A stretch of 64,000 nt of DNA from Macrostomum lignano (GCA_002269645.1 NIVC01000105.1:163992-227991); one strand, 5' to 3'. Counted from the stretch's first letter, positions 25,500 to 41,471 are shown. Notes: generated by a model not told the origin, from the sequence alone. Program-made: numbers and translations.

Positions 25500-26640
25500 A
25501 CACTGAAGACACTAAAACACTAGGGCATTAAGACAGTAAGACATTAAGAGACCAAGACATTCAAATATTAGGACATTAAGACACTAAGGCATTCAGATAC
25601 TAAGACATTAAGACACTATGTCATTAGACCCCTAGACACTAGGACCGTAAGACACTAAAACAGTAAAAAATTAACACACTATAACACAACAACACCAACA
25701 GACTAAGATCGTAAGAAACTAGGGCACTAGGAAACTAAGACATCAAGATACTAAGGCATTAGGACACTAAGACATTCAGGCAATAGGGCCTTAAGACACT
25801 AAGACATTAAGACACTAAGACATCAAGACACTAAGACATCGAGACACTAAGGCATTAGGACACGAAGACATCAAGACACTAATGCATTAGGACACTAAGG
25901 CATTCAGACAATAGGACCTTAAGACACTAAAGCATTAAGACACTAAGGCATTAAGACACTAAGACATCGAGACACTAAGGAATTAAGACACTAAGACATT
26001 AAGATACTAAGGCATTAGGACACTAAGGCATTCAGACAATAGGACCTTAAGACGCTAAGGCATTAAGACACTAAGACATTAAGACACTAAGACCTTAAGA
26101 CACTAAGGCATTAAGACACTAAGACATTAAGACACTAAGACATCAAGACACTAAGACATTAAGACACTAAGGCATCAAGACACTAAGGCATTAAAACACT
26201 AAGACATTAAGACACTAAGACATCGAGACACTAAGGCATTAAGACACTAAGGCATCAAGACACTAAGGCATTAAAACACTAAGACATTAAGACACTAAGA
26301 CATCGAGACACTAAGGCATTAAGACACTAAGACATTAAGACACTAAGGCATTAAGACACTAAGACATTAAGACACTAAGACATCAAGACACTAAGACATT
26401 AAGACACTAAGGCATCAAGACACTAAGGCATTAAAACACTAAGACATTAAGACACTAAGACATCGAGACACTAAGGCATTAAGACACTAAGACATTAAGA
26501 CACTAAGGCATTAAGACACTAAGACATTAAGACACTAAGACATCGAGACATTGTCACTACTAGCTCCCTAGACACTAGGACCGTAACACACTAAGACCGT
26601 AAGAAACTAGGGCACTAGGACACTAAGACATCAGGACCAT
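25500..26640. repeat. 16-bp minisatellite AGACACTAAG(A/G)CATTA
   Basis: Homogeneous core ~25790-26550 with degenerate flanks. Confidence 0.93.
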
Positions 26641-27194
26641 GTTAAGAGAAACGAATTTGCGCGCAATTAATTACATTTAAGATACTGCACTGGCAGACAG
26701 TCAAACATGAATTATACTACGGTACAAAAACACAGATAAACATGCAGACATTGAGATAGGATCAAGACGAGTGCTTGGTCAGCAGCTCTCTCACAGCTAG
26801 CCGTCATATAAATTAATCAATTTAACGCGCTTGACCAGCCGAAAGTAAACAGTTCGTCTATAGCTGCGGTTTTCACCGCTTCGGCACTTATTCACTTAGG
26901 CGAAATCGAGCATTGCAGTAAGAGAGGCTGCATATGCTTTGTAAACTAGAGCACTTTACTTGCATGGCCTTGTTCGAAGCAGATCGAATGGCTGCAAGCA
27001 TGAAATAAAAGCACCGTGTGGGATACTTTGGAAGCTAGAAATTCAACTGATCTTTTTTCTGGCAAAAATGGTTCGGGACCAAAAAATATTGGCGTTTATG
27101 TATCGGTGTTACAAAATATCCTCTTATATCTAATCTCCAAGGCCGTCTGCAGAGTTCGTAAAAAATTGAAAATTTTAAGCAGTAGGATTAAAAC

Positions 27195-27790
27195 TGAGAT
27201 GGCGCCACAACTGATTGGAGAGATTGCGCCACAACTGATTCAAGAAATGGCGCCACAACTGATTAGAGAAGTGGCGCCACAACTGATTCAAGAAATAGCG
27301 CCACAAATGATTGGAGAAATGGCGCCACAACTGATTGGAGAAATAGCGCTGCAACTGATTGGAGAAATGGCGCTACAACTGATTGGAGAAATGGCGCCAC
27401 AACTGATTGGAGAAATAGCGCTACAACTGATTGGAGAAATAGCGCTACAACTGATTGGAGAAATGGCGCCACAACTGATTTGAGAAATGGCGCCACAACT
27501 GATTGGAGAAATGGCGCTACAACTGATTGGAGAAATGGCGCCACAACTGATTCGAGAAATGGCGCCACAACTGATTCAAGAAATAGCGCCACAACTGATT
27601 GAGGAAATAGCGCTACAACTGATTGGAGAAATGGCGCTACAACTGATTGGAGAAATGGCGCCACAACTGATTTGAGAAATAGCGCCACAACTGATTGAGG
27701 AAATAGCGCCACAACTGATTGGAGAAATGGCGCTACAACTGATTGGAGAAATGGCGCCACAACTGATTGGAGAAATGGCGCCACAACTCT
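27195..27790. repeat. 24-bp minisatellite GAAATGGCGCCACAACTGATTGGA (array 1)
   Basis: About 25 copies; source of MAPQLIGE and QSVVAPFL ORF artefacts. Confidence 0.95.
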
Positions 27791-28509
27791 ATTAAATTCA
27801 ACTTCAAACGCTGAGCAATGAAGAACCATTAGGCATAGAAGAAAACCAGTAGAAACAATAGTTTTATTAGTACAACGATAATTAGCGCTATAGCAACAAC
27901 TATAAGCAGAGGCTGTGGTTTATAGGCCGCTCCTAATTGCTTCATCCTCCATCTGTTGGTTTCGTGCACCACATGCGCTTTCTGGGTGTCCAACTGCTGG
28001 GTGAAACTCCCCACACACCACCTCTTTAGCAACAAGTTTACTGTACAGTTGGTGCAGTGGTCTCGATTTGGCCAACAAGAAAACGGAAATGCGAACTGCT
28101 GGCAGATTAGCAGATTATAAATGCGACCTCTACTTGGCATTATATAGCTGTCACCAGCCCTTAATTGCACATTATGACTTGCTGTAATAAAATCCCACTA
28201 GGAATTACTCAGTTAAGATTATGTATAAGCCTTTTTATTGCTAGTGCTGTGCAGTCACTGCAGTTCAAAAATTACCATTCCTTGTATGAGATCGCAGATT
28301 AAGCAGAGGATTTGCTGACCAGCTGGCAACCACTTGTAACACTGATTGCTTGTGACATATTTTAGGTACAGCCTGACTCATTGTCTCGCTTGTATAGCGC
28401 TTTTGAAATGGGTTGGAGATCGGAATCTGGACTTCTTTTTGTAAGATTTTTGTAAGACTCCCAGAGAATCATCTTAACCTCTCCCGATCTCTCTCCGTCT
28501 CACCCACAT

Positions 28510-29515
28510 TACTCTCTACCTCTCCCTCTCCCTCTCCCTCGCTCTCCCTCCCTCTCCCTCTCCCTCTCCCTCTCCCTCTCCCCTCCCTCTCCCTCTCCCC
28601 CACTCCCAATCACCCTAGTCTCTCTCCATCTCACCCAAGTCCCTCCCACTCTCACGCTAGCCTTCTCCCTATAACCCAAGTCTCTCTCCATCTCACCCTA
28701 GTCCTTCTCCCTATAACCCAAGTCTCTCTCCATCTCACCCTAGTCCTTCTCCCTATAACCCAAGTCTCTCTCCATCTCACCCTAGTCCTTCTCCCTATAA
28801 CCCAAGTCTCTCTCCATTTCACCCTAGTCCTTCTCCCTATAATCCAAGTCTCTCTCCATCTCACCCAAGTCCTTCTCCCTATAACCCAAGTCTCTCTCTC
28901 CATCTCATCATATTCCTTCTCCCTATAACCCAAGTCTCTCTCCAATCTCATCCTATTCCTTCTCCCTATAACCAAAGTCTCTCTCCATCTCACCCTAGTC
29001 CTTCTCCCTATAACCCAAGTCTCTCTCTCCATCTCACCCTAGTCCTTCTCCCTATAACCCAAGTCTCTCTCTCCATCTCACCCTAGTCCTTCTCCCTATA
29101 ACCCAAGTCTCTCTCCATCTCACCCTAGTCCTTCTCCCTATAACCCAAGTCTCTCTCCATCTCACCCTAGTCCTTCTCCCTATAACCCAAGTCTCTCTCC
29201 ATCTCACCCTAGTCCTTCTCCCTATAACCCAAGTCTCTCTCCATCTCACCCTAGTCCTTCTCCCTATAACCCAAGTCTCTCTCCATCTCACCCTAGTCCT
29301 TCTCCCTATAACCCAAGTCTCTCTCCATCTCACCCTAGTCCTTCTCCCTATAACCCAAGTCTCTCTCCATCTCACCCTAGTCCTTCTCCCTATAACCCAA
29401 GTCTCTCTCCATCTCACCCTAGTCCTTCTCCCTATAACCCAAGTCTCTCTCCATCTCACCCTAGTCCTTCTCCCTATAACTCAAGTCTCTCTCTCCATCT
29501 CACCCTAGCCTTCCC
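28510..29515. repeat. Pyrimidine-rich 42-bp minisatellite TCTCACCCTAGTCCTTCTCCCTATAACCCAAGTCTCTCTCCA with leading (CTCTCC)n tract
   Basis: About 21 copies; strongly C/T-skewed + strand. Confidence 0.95.
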
Positions 29516-29944
29516 CACTCTGTCTACATCCAGCTTCTTGCCATTCTGATTCGCCATTTCTCCATTTGAAGTTATCCTCTTCATCCTACCCTACTGCTTA
29601 GCAAATATCCCTGTAAAATTCCTGTCAATATCCGATGTCCAGTCTAGCAGGGGGAGTTCACGGAGTTAACTCGCTAGCAAACTTTTTCTTAACAACTTTT
29701 CCTATCCTTGTCGCCCTCACTTGACCTGGGAATCCCAGTTGGCAGAAATGTGAATAGCAAGTCTTGTAGGCTGGGCAGTGGACACCTCTGCCCCATAGCA
29801 CCAACATAACTTATAACCGCTCATATGACCGCAGCGCCCTCTGATCTCGTCAAGCACCAAATAAGTCGCTGCTGATATCGTCAGTTGTTGCTAAAAAAAG
29901 CTGATAGAGTTTTGTGTAGCGCAGTAATTGGGGAAGTAAGAACT

Positions 29945-31615
29945 CCAACTGATTGGCGCCACAACTGATTGGAGAGATGGCGCCACAACTGATTGGAGAG
30001 ATGGCGCCACAACTAATTGAAGAGATGGCGCCACAACTGATTGTAGAAATGGCGCCACAGCTGATTGGAGAGATGGCGCCACAACTGATTGGAGAGATGG
30101 CACCACAACTGATTGAAAAGATGGCGCCACAACTGATTCAAGAAATAGCGCCACAACTGATTGTAGAAATGGCGCCACAGCTGATTGGAGAGATGGCGCC
30201 ACAACTGATTGGAGAGATGGCGCCACAACTGATTGAAAAGATGGGGCCACAACTGATTGTAGAAATGGCGCCACAGCTGATTGGAGAAATGGCGCCACAT
30301 CTGATTGTAGAAATGGCGCCACAGCTGATAGGAGGAATGGCGCCACTACTGATTGGAGAAATAGCGCCACAACTGATTGGAGAGATGGCACCACAACTGA
30401 TTGGAGAAATGGCGCCACAACTGATTCGAGAAATGGCGCCACAACTGATTGGAGAGATGGCGCCACAACTAATTGAAGAGATGGCGCCACAACTGATTGT
30501 AGAAATGGCGCCACAGCTGATTGGAGAGATGGCGCCACAACTGATTGAAAAGATGGCGCCACAACTGATTCAAGAAATAGCGCCACAACTGATTGTAGAA
30601 ATGGCGCCACAGCTGATTGGAGAAATGGCGCCACAACTGATTGGAGAGATGGCGCCTCAACTGATTGAAAAGATGGCGCCACAACTGATTGTAGAAATGG
30701 CGCCACAGCTGATTGGAGAAATGGCGCCACATCTGATTGTAGAAATGGCGCCACAGCTGATAGGAGGAATGGCGCCACTACTGATTGGAGAAATGGCGCC
30801 ACAACTGATTGGAGAGATGGCACCACAACTGATTGGAGCCTCAACTGATTGGAGAGATGGCGCCACAGCTGATTGGAGAGATGGCGCCACAACTGATTGG
30901 AGAGATGGCGCCACAGCTGATTGGAGAAATGGCGCCACAACTGATTGGAGAAATGGCGCCACAGCTGATTGGAGAGATGGCGCCACAGCTGATTGGAAAG
31001 ATGGAGCAACAACTGATTGGAGAGATGGCGCCACAGCTGATTGGAAAGATGGCGCCACAACTGATTGGAGAGATGGCGCTACAACTGATTGGAAAAATGG
31101 CGCCACAACCGATTGTAGAAATGGCGCCACAACTGATTGGAGAGATGGCGCCACAACTGATTGGAGCCACAACTGATTGGAGAGATGGCGCCACAACTGA
31201 TTGGAGCCACAACTGATTGGAGAGATGGCGCCGCAACTGATTAGAGAAATAGCGCCACAACTGATTGAGAAATGGCTCCACAACTGATTGGAGAAATGGC
31301 GCCACAAGTGATTAGATGGCGCCACAACTGATTGTAGAAATTGCACAACAACTGATTGTAGAAATGGCGCCACAACTGATTGGAGAGATGGCGCCACAAC
31401 TGATTGGAGAAATGGCGCCACAACTGATTGGAGAAATGGCGCTACAACTGATTGGAGAAATGGCGCCACAACTGATTGTAGAAATGGCGCTACAACTGAT
31501 TGGATAAATGGCACCACAACTGATTGGAGAGATGGCGCCACAACTAATTAGAGAGATGGCGCTAAACTAATTGAATATATGACGCCACAACTGATTGGAG
31601 AAATAGCGCCAAAAT
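29945..31615. repeat. 24-bp minisatellite GAGATGGCGCCACAACTGATTGGA (array 2)
   Basis: About 68 copies with internal block duplications; same family and orientation as 27195-27790. Confidence 0.95.
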
Positions 31616-32024
31616 AAATAGAAGAATTGGCGCCTTAACTAACGATTGTCATGGATGTTAGCATTGCAAATAGATGTACGCGTCTGTAGACTCAGTGCAA
31701 ACTATAAGGTCATGGTAGTGTTGACTGATGTGCTGTCAGCGCACTGGTTGAAATCTGAACAACTGTATCGAAGCACAAGGAAATGAACTGGGGGTGTGGC
31801 GCCAGAGCAGGTTCGCGAGAACTGTGAACTTACTCTTGCAAATGATTGTAATTCGAAACAACTTCCTGAGACCGATAAAAACTTGGCTTTGAAAGAAATA
31901 AATTGATTAATTAACGCAAATTTGACACAGCTAGCGTTTGGGCTTTGCAACAGCTCTCATTTCCTGTTTTCCTTAATTAGACGGAAACTTGCAATGCGAT
32001 TCTGTCGCTTCAGGAATTATATGC

Positions 32025-33667
<1,643 letters not shown>

Positions 33668-34379
33668 TGTGGGCAGACAAGATTCAGCCATCGATCTCGC
33701 AGCTGGTCATCAAGGCTGAGGTCAATATTACGTGCAGAAAATTATCCTATTAATATAAATACTATTTTGGAACTCATCAATATCGATGTTGGCCATCTCC
33801 ATGGCAACAATTAATTCAAGCTTGAATCGCCGTGCATAGCCAGTGATAGAAGATCCGTCTGTATTTTTCTATCAATAGCTTGATATCCATATTTCTGCTT
33901 TCGCCTAAAAAGGAAGCCACGCAGCCCTGTTGCGTGTCGGAGTCCAGCTTAGGGGTTTGCCGCCTGATTGATCGGCTTGAAGAGGCGGAGAGACGGGATC
34001 TGGGTAGCGGGGAGGGGGAGCAGAGCTGAGAGCAAATTTTCCCATGGTTAATAAGCTGGGAAAATTCTACAAGGCAGCTCAGAAGTCACGTCTAAACTGG
34101 TTTGATTAACAAAACATTTCTGACCAGCATCTTTAGAAACAATGCTGTGCCGCTAAAGACAGGTAAAGCTGCATCATTAGCCTGGAGTCTGTGAGGGCGC
34201 ATTGCATTAGTTCTAGCTGAGATTTCATGGCAATATTGACATTTTTTGCTTTTAAGAATCCTGAATAGAAAAGCAGAGTGGTTCACCTAGAAAATATTTA
34301 CCTCTGTAGTGTCCAAATATTAATATTAAGAAAGTTTTGAAGAAGAGAATCTCATATTGCAAGATCTACAAATCTCCAG

Positions 34380-35555
34380 AATCTTATTCTACAGAATCTC
34401 ACCCTACAGAATCTCACCCTAAAGAATCTCACCCTATTTAATCTCACCCTACAGAATCTCACCCTAAAGAATCTCACCCTATTTAATCTCACCCTACAGA
34501 ATCTCACCCAACAGAATCTCACCCTACAGAATCTCTCCTTACAGAATCTCAACCTACAGAATCTCACCCAACAGAATCTCACCCAACAGAATCTCACCCA
34601 ACAGAATCTCACCCTACAGAATGTTATCCTGCAGAATCTCACCCAACAGAATCTCACCCTACAGAATGTTATCCTGCAGAATCTCACCCTACAGAATCTC
34701 ACCCTACAGAATCTCACCCTACAGAATCTTACCCTACAGAATCTCACCCTACAGAATGTTATCTTGCAGAATCTCACCCTCAAGAATCTCACCCTACAAA
34801 ATCTTTTCCTAGAGAATCTCACCCTAAAAAATCTTATCCTACAGATTCTCACCCTACAGAATCTAAACCTAAAGAATCTCACCCTCCAGAATTTTACTCT
34901 AGAATCTCACCCTACAAATCTCACTCTACAGAGTCTCACCCTACAGAATGTTATCCTGCAGAATCTCACCCTATAGAATCTCACCCTACAGAATCTCACC
35001 CTACAGAGTTTCACCCTACAGAATCTCACCCTACAGAATCTCGCCCTACAGAATCTTACCCTACAGAATCTCACCCTACAGAATCTCACCCTACAAAATC
35101 TTTTCCTAGAGAATCTCACCCTAAAGAATCTTATCCTACAGATTCTCACCCTACAGAATCTAAACCTAAAAAATCTCACCCTACAGAATTTTACTCTAGA
35201 ATCTCACCCTACAACTCACTCTACAGAGTCTCACCCTACAGAATGTTATCCTGCAGAATCTCACCCTATAGAATCTCACCCTACAGAATCTCACCCTACA
35301 GAGTCTCACCCTACAGAATCTCACCCTACAGAATCTCGCCCTACAGAATCTTACCCTACAGAATCTCACCCTACAGAATCTTATCCTACAGAATCTCACC
35401 CTTCAGAATCTCACCCTCCAGAATCTTACCCTACAGAATCTCACCCTACAGAATCTTATCCTACAGAATCTCACCCTTCAGAATCTCACCCTCCAGAATC
35501 TTACCCTCCAGAATCTGACTCTACAGAATCTCAAACTACAGAGTCTCACCCTACA
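34380..35555. repeat. 15-bp minisatellite AGAATCTCACCCTAC
   Basis: About 78 copies with higher-order duplicated variant blocks. Confidence 0.95.
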
Positions 35556-35859
35556 GATAAGCAGAAAGGGTTGCTTTTATTGCTTTGCAGCCTCGATCGC
35601 TTCAAACACAGAAAGTAGTCCAATTTCGTTAAAATCCTATTTTATATGCTCAATGTTAAATTATTCAAAAAAATTGCAAACGATTTCGGTCGATTGAATC
35701 TGACAGATTAAGCCCGCTGGAGTAGAATCCGGTTTCCACGATTGTAAACAGGGAAGGGAAGTAAATAAAAAATTTCTTACAGCAAGTTTAAACTGACTAG
35801 CTAAATTTAAAATTTTAGTCAACAAGTTTGCGTTTTGCAAGTTGAATAAATATCCGTAA

Positions 35860-36685
35860 ATGACCTGACAGACAGGCTGTACAGACACACCTTACAGACA
35901 GACTGTACAGACACATCTGACTGAAAGACAGACTGTACAGACACATCTGACAGACAGACTGTACAGACACACCTGACTGACAGACAGACTGTACAGATAC
36001 ACCTGACAGACAGACAGGCTGTACAGACACACCTGACAGACAGACAGGCTGTACAGACACACCTGACAGACAGACAGGCTGTACAGACACACCTGACAGA
36101 CAGACAGGCTGTACAGACACACCTGACAGACAGACAGGCTGTACAGACACACCTGACAGACAGACAGGCTGTACAGACACACCTGACAGACAGACAGGCT
36201 GTACAGACACACCTGACAGACAGACAGGCTGTACAGACACACCTGACAGACAGACAGGCTGTACAGACACATCGGACAGACAGACAGGCTGTACAGACAC
36301 ACCTGACAGACAGACAGGCTGTACAGACACATCTGACAGACAGACTGTACAGACACGCCTGACAGACAGGCTGTACAGACACACCTGACAGACAGGCTGT
36401 ACAGACACATCTGACAGACAGACTGTACAGACACATCTGACAGACAGGCTGTACAGACACACCTGACAGACAGACAGGCTGTACAGACACACCTGACAGA
36501 CAGGCTGTACAGACACACCTGACAGACAGACAGGCTGTACAGACACACCTGACAGACAGACAGGCTGTACAGACACATCTGACAGACAGACAGGCTGTAC
36601 AGACACATCTGACAGACAGACAGGCTGTACAGACACATCTGACAGACAGACAGGCTGTACAGACACATCTGACAGACAGACAGCC
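35860..36685. repeat. ~26-30-bp minisatellite GACAGACAGACAGGCTGTACAGACACACCT
   Basis: About 28 copies with a variable number of internal GACA units. Confidence 0.95.
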
Positions 36686-37409
36686 TCTACAGAAAGTTAA
36701 TACGCGATTATAAATAAATCTGCTAAAAGAAGATATACAAAATCGCAAAAGCTACAATGCATACAATGGCAGAAATGCTTACCTTAAACCAAACACAATA
36801 TTCACCAGTGTTTAATTTAGCGGCAGTATCTTTTATCTAAAAGAAAAAAAAGTAGGATACCGAGGCTCCTGACTAAATAAATATTTTATTCCCTAGCTCA
36901 ACGTCTCTCTTGATTGAAGTGGCTCAATGGTCCTTCGCTGAGTAGCTTAACCTTGTCTCTCCGGTTTTGGGTAGAAATTCTGGCTTAGGGATTTTGCCTC
37001 TTTAAGAAAACATAGAGGATATCAGTTGCAGCTTGGGAAGGTGCAGGATGGGCTCTACAGAGAAGAGATCCGCAGCATTCCCAAATAGGAAAAGGGATAT
37101 TGGGGATCTGAGGGGGAGACCGATTCAGCAAGACTGCACTGATTGGATCAGAGCCCGAGCCCGAGGTTTATGGGAAAAAGCTTTTATTTGTATAGCATTT
37201 TTATCTGAAATTTTGCTCAGCCAATCTGAAGCGCTCGCACAGGGTGTACAGCGGTGCCCTGACTTTCTCATCAACAGACAGCTTGTGTACACTCTACCTG
37301 CGCCCTGGGTTTTGGGCCCCAATAATCGGGTCATTTTTAGTTCGAGACTCGAGTACCAAAAGCATTTCCAGACGTCAGGGAATGCCGATTTAGAGATATC
37401 TGCTAAAAT

Positions 37410-37525
37410 TTAGCGCCAATTTAGCGCCACATGATAAATTTTAGCGCCAATTTAGCGCCACATGATAAATTTTAGCGCCAATTTAGAGCCACAGAATAGA
37501 GTTTTGGCGCCAAATTGGCGCTAAC
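37410..37525. repeat. Short TTTAGCGCCAA / TTGGCGCCAA direct-plus-inverted repeat cluster
   Basis: Three 30-bp direct copies followed by an inverted aaattggcgctaa. Confidence 0.7.
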
Positions 37526-38036
37526 TACGAGTCAATTTAAATTTTTACTTTTCCTGCCTAAAACTAAATCATAATTTTTGTTAGAAGTTCATAGGCTTTG
37601 CTTCAAGATTTATTCTACTAGAAGACTCTCTAGTTTGAAGTTTTACGCGTCAAAGCAGGATACTGAAGGCTCGTGATTAAAGTATAGTAAATTAGACTCG
37701 CAGTAGTTCTACTTTACAATACAAATGTAATGAACATACAAGGTACACACAAAATAGGTATTAGAGTATTTAAAGAGGGCCTGGATTTTGTTCCACAAGT
37801 GTCAATCAAAGTGGAAATTTCTGTTGACATTGTTTCAGAATGCAATTCTGACAAGCCATCCTTGCAAGGGGCTCTCATACTTCGGCTGCTATACTGCTAG
37901 TCTATACTAAACACCGTGAATTGCATGGCTGCTCAGACAACTCGCCAATTTGGATACTTAATACATGGATGGATGCAAACACAGACAGAACTTATAAGTT
38001 TTTAACAAATTCAGATTCAACTAACAGCCAACTGAC

Positions 38037-38037
<1 letters not shown>

Positions 38038-38098
<61 letters not shown>

Positions 38099-38130
38099 TT
38101 AGATAGATAGATAGATAGATAGATAGATAT

Positions 38131-38205
<75 letters not shown>

Positions 38206-38206
38206 T

Positions 38207-38255
<49 letters not shown>
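38038..38255. repeat. (GATA)n microsatellite, ~220 bp
   Basis: Direct reading. Confidence 0.98.
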
Positions 38256-38256
<1 letters not shown>

Positions 38257-38704
38257 TGCAAACTGTAGGTTTTCAGGGATTAAGATTGGAACCGAAAAAA
38301 GCATTTTTAGCTTTTGAATGCAATTTTCAAAGTCAAGATTCAGATGGTCATATTTTAATTTTTTCTTTAATACTTTCAATTTCAAAGGCCCATTGAATTT
38401 CTATTCAGACTATAGCATTTCATTAGCAGCTTCTTGGACTGAATGGATGCCAGTCTGAATATGAATATGAAATATATATATATATATATAATATATAAAT
38501 AAATATATAAATAAATATAATAATATAATAATATAATAATAATATATAAATAAGAATATATATATAAATATGAATGATGAATTCATAGAATGGACAAAAA
38601 TGACGATAAACTTTAAATTGTACATACAACTTCTGATGGGGCACTGCATCAGGTCCACTAGATTTTTCCAGCTAATTTTTGTAATACCATATCAGTGGGC
38701 AATA

Positions 38705-39545
38705 ACAGAGAATCTCATCAGGAGAATCTTAGAGGGAGAATCTTAGACGGAGAATCTCAGAAGGAGAATCTCAGAGGAAGAATCACAGAGGGAGAATCTC
38801 ATCAGGAGAATCTCATCAGGAGAATCTCAGAAGGAGAATATCAGGAGGAGAATCTCAGAAGGAGAATCTCAGAGGGAGAATCTCAAAGGAGGAATCTCAG
38901 CGGGAGAATCTCAGAAGGAGAATCTCAGAGGAAGAATCACAGAGGGAGAATCTCAGAGGGAGAATCTCAGAGGGAGAATCTCAGCGGGAGAATCTTAGAA
39001 GGAGAATCTCAAAGGAGGAATCTCAGCGGGAGAATCTCAAAAGGAGAATCTCAGAGGAAGAATCACAGAGGGAGAATCTCAGAGGGAGAATCTCAGAGGG
39101 AGAATCTCAGCGGGAGAATCTTAGAAGGAGAATCTCAAACGAGGAATCTCAGAGGGAGAAGCTCAGGGGAAGAATCTCAGAAGGAGAATCTCAGAGGAAG
39201 AATCACAGAGGGAGAATCTCATCAGGAGAATCTCAGAAGGAGAATCTCAGAAGAAGAATCTCAGCGGGAGAATCTCAGCGGGAGAATCTCAGAAGGAGAA
39301 TCTCAGAGGGAGAATCTCAAAGGAGGAATCTCAGAGGGAGAATCTCAAAGGAGGAATCTCAGCGGGAGAATCTCAGAGGGAGAATCTCAGAGGGAGAATC
39401 TCAGACGAAGAATCACAAAGGGAGAATCTCAGAGGGAGAATCTCAGAGGGAGAATCTCAGAGGGAAAATCTTATCAGGAGAATCTCAGAGGGAGAATCTC
39501 ATCCTGCCAATATTATCATGAGCATCTCAACGGGAGAATCTCAGT
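38705..39545. repeat. 15-bp purine-rich minisatellite GAGAATCTCAGAGGG
   Basis: About 55 copies; shares AGAATCTCA with the 34380 array. The 307-aa ORF here is likely an artefact. Confidence 0.92.
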
Positions 39546-40320
39546 GGTACAGAACATTTGCAAGAATTGCAAGAGGAAAACAGAGTGTCATGTACAAAAA
39601 AGTGTGTTAATTTTTTGAAATTAGAATTAAAACGTTCCAATTCTTGTTTATTTGGATAGCGGATTTCTAAAAATAAAAAAATGTACGCTCGTAACTGCTT
39701 GAATTTACGTAAGACTGCTTTATTGTGATGATCTTGGTGTATCTTTAGAAGCAAAAAATGTCAAACTTGCTACTAAAGTGAGTAGTTGATTTAAGGAATG
39801 TGATTTTAATAAGTTTTACGAAAATTTCTATTTTATTAAATATTAGAAGATAGCTAAAACATTTCTTTCGATAACAATTAATTTTTTTAATATTACATGC
39901 GCACATACGCTCGTACATCAAACCTGTGACTGATAAAACTGCGAATTTGTAATCAGAAAAATAGAGATAATTAGGCTTGCATTATATAAAGTATGAAGTG
40001 TACAACTTAAACGACAAAAATCTGTGATTATAGTTGTATGTCATCTATTAAGATTGAACTATAAAAATTTGTTAAAGACTCGTAACTTGAAGTCATGTAA
40101 GATTTGTTTTAATGATTGAATAAATATGTTTTGCTAAAATAATATTTAAATTGGCGCCGTCGCAATTTTAAGCCATCGCCGGTATTGCCCTAAAAAATCG
40201 TAATTTTAAACCAGTAGTTTTTGTTTTAATGATTAAATAAATATGTTTGCGTAAAATTCAAATTCAAATTGGTGCCTTTGCAACTTCAAGCCGTCGCGGA
40301 TATAGCTCCAGAAAATCCTT

Positions 40321-40944
40321 TTACATCGGAGTCACCGGCCGATTTTTTATGTACTCGGCCAGTTTGGCGTTGCCAGCCAGCACGCGCTTCTTCAGCTCCG
40401 TCAGCTCGGGATACTTGGCCAGTAGGTCCGGCATGTTGGCCAGGCTGTCAAGAATGTTCAGGCAGCCCAGATCGGCCAGGCTAAGCGACTTGCCGGCAAA
40501 GTACTGACCGCCAGCCTGCTTGAGAAAGTCAACCAGGCCGGACAGCAGCTTCGGTCCCTTCTCAGCCTGGAACTCCTTCAACAGATCCGGCTTCTTATCC
40601 TCGGGAGCCATCATGAACTTGACAAGCTCCATGAAGATGTCGTCAAGCTGGCACATCGCTCGCTCAACCAAATAGTATTCCCAATCGTTGGATCCCATCA
40701 GACCGGCCTTCTTAGCATAGTACCTAGCGATAGCGCCGCTCTGGGCTAGCAGACCTTTGCTTTTGTCTCCAGTATCAACGAAGGGCATCACACCAGTTGG
40801 CGAGTTCTTCTTCTGCTCGGCCCATTGCTCTTTAGTGAGTCGGATGTCCTCGAAATCGATTTTGCCAGCGGCGAAGACCAGACGGATCAGTTCGCCACGA
40901 CCGCGGACACCGAAATAATACAGCTTAGGCTTGGCTGTGGACAT
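40321..40944 (-). CDS. Glutathione S-transferase, sigma-class-like (HPGDS/S-crystallin family), 207 aa, intronless CDS
   Basis: KLYYFGVRGRGELIRLVFAAGKIDFEDIR N-terminus with catalytic Tyr, MPF cis-Pro loop, QSGAIARY, and the C-terminal LSLAD N-capping motif. Confidence 0.95.
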   Translation of the reverse strand: MSTAKPKLYYFGVRGRGELIRLVFAAGKIDFEDIRLTKEQWAEQKKNSPTGVMPFVDTGDKSKGLLAQSGAIARYYAKKAGLMGSNDWEYYLVERAMCQLDDIFMELVKFMMAPEDKKPDLLKEFQAEKGPKLLSGLVDFLKQAGGQYFAGKSLSLADLGCLNILDSLANMPDLLAKYPELTELKKRVLAGNAKLAEYIKNRPVTPM

Positions 40945-41019
40945 GTTTAGTCTTGACTATAACGTATTAATCAGCTTTCGGAGCGGAGTTCATGTAGTTT
41001 TGCTTTCTCAACGATCGCA

Positions 41020-41027
41020 TATTTATA
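41020..41027 (-). promoter_or_regulatory. TATA box of the GST gene
   Basis: TATAAATA on the minus strand ~76 bp upstream of the ATG. Confidence 0.55.
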
Positions 41028-41399
41028 TTAAGCGGGACCGGCCGGGGTGGCAGGCAGACAGGCTGACAGGCAGGCTGTCAACCCCTGCATGGACTGAAGA
41101 TTTGTTTGCTAAGAGGCTATACGTTGAGCAGACGTAGTCGCCACGAACAATGTAGAGTACTGCCAGAGAGACAGAGCTAGTCTATACAGAGGCCAAGTGA
41201 GGCAATGAATCGTAGGGTGTACGTACCTGTCCCGTGTTTTCCCAGGGGAGACTTAGGGTGCAGACAGTGTTGGCAGAGAATACAGAAAAGTTGGGACTGC
41301 ATGGAAGCCAGGGTACTTTTAGCTCGCTTCAGGTGCACTGTTTGCCATCGGGCTGCCTGCATGGCGGAAAAGAGAAAATAGTCATCAATCAGCCTATCG

Positions 41400-41416
41400 A
41401 CCTATCTATCTATCTG

Positions 41417-41471
<55 letters not shown>

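Noticed and set aside
27016-31541. MAPQLIGE / QSVVAPFL / RWRETWVIG repeat ORFs
   Set aside because: Minisatellite translations interrupted by stops and frameshifts; no flanking exon structure.
38695-39618. 307-aa ISEGESQRENLRGR ORF as a real protein
   Set aside because: Coincides with a 15-bp satellite sharing its core with non-coding arrays; non-ATG start in the track and no signal, domain or splice context. Not fully excludable without RNA data.
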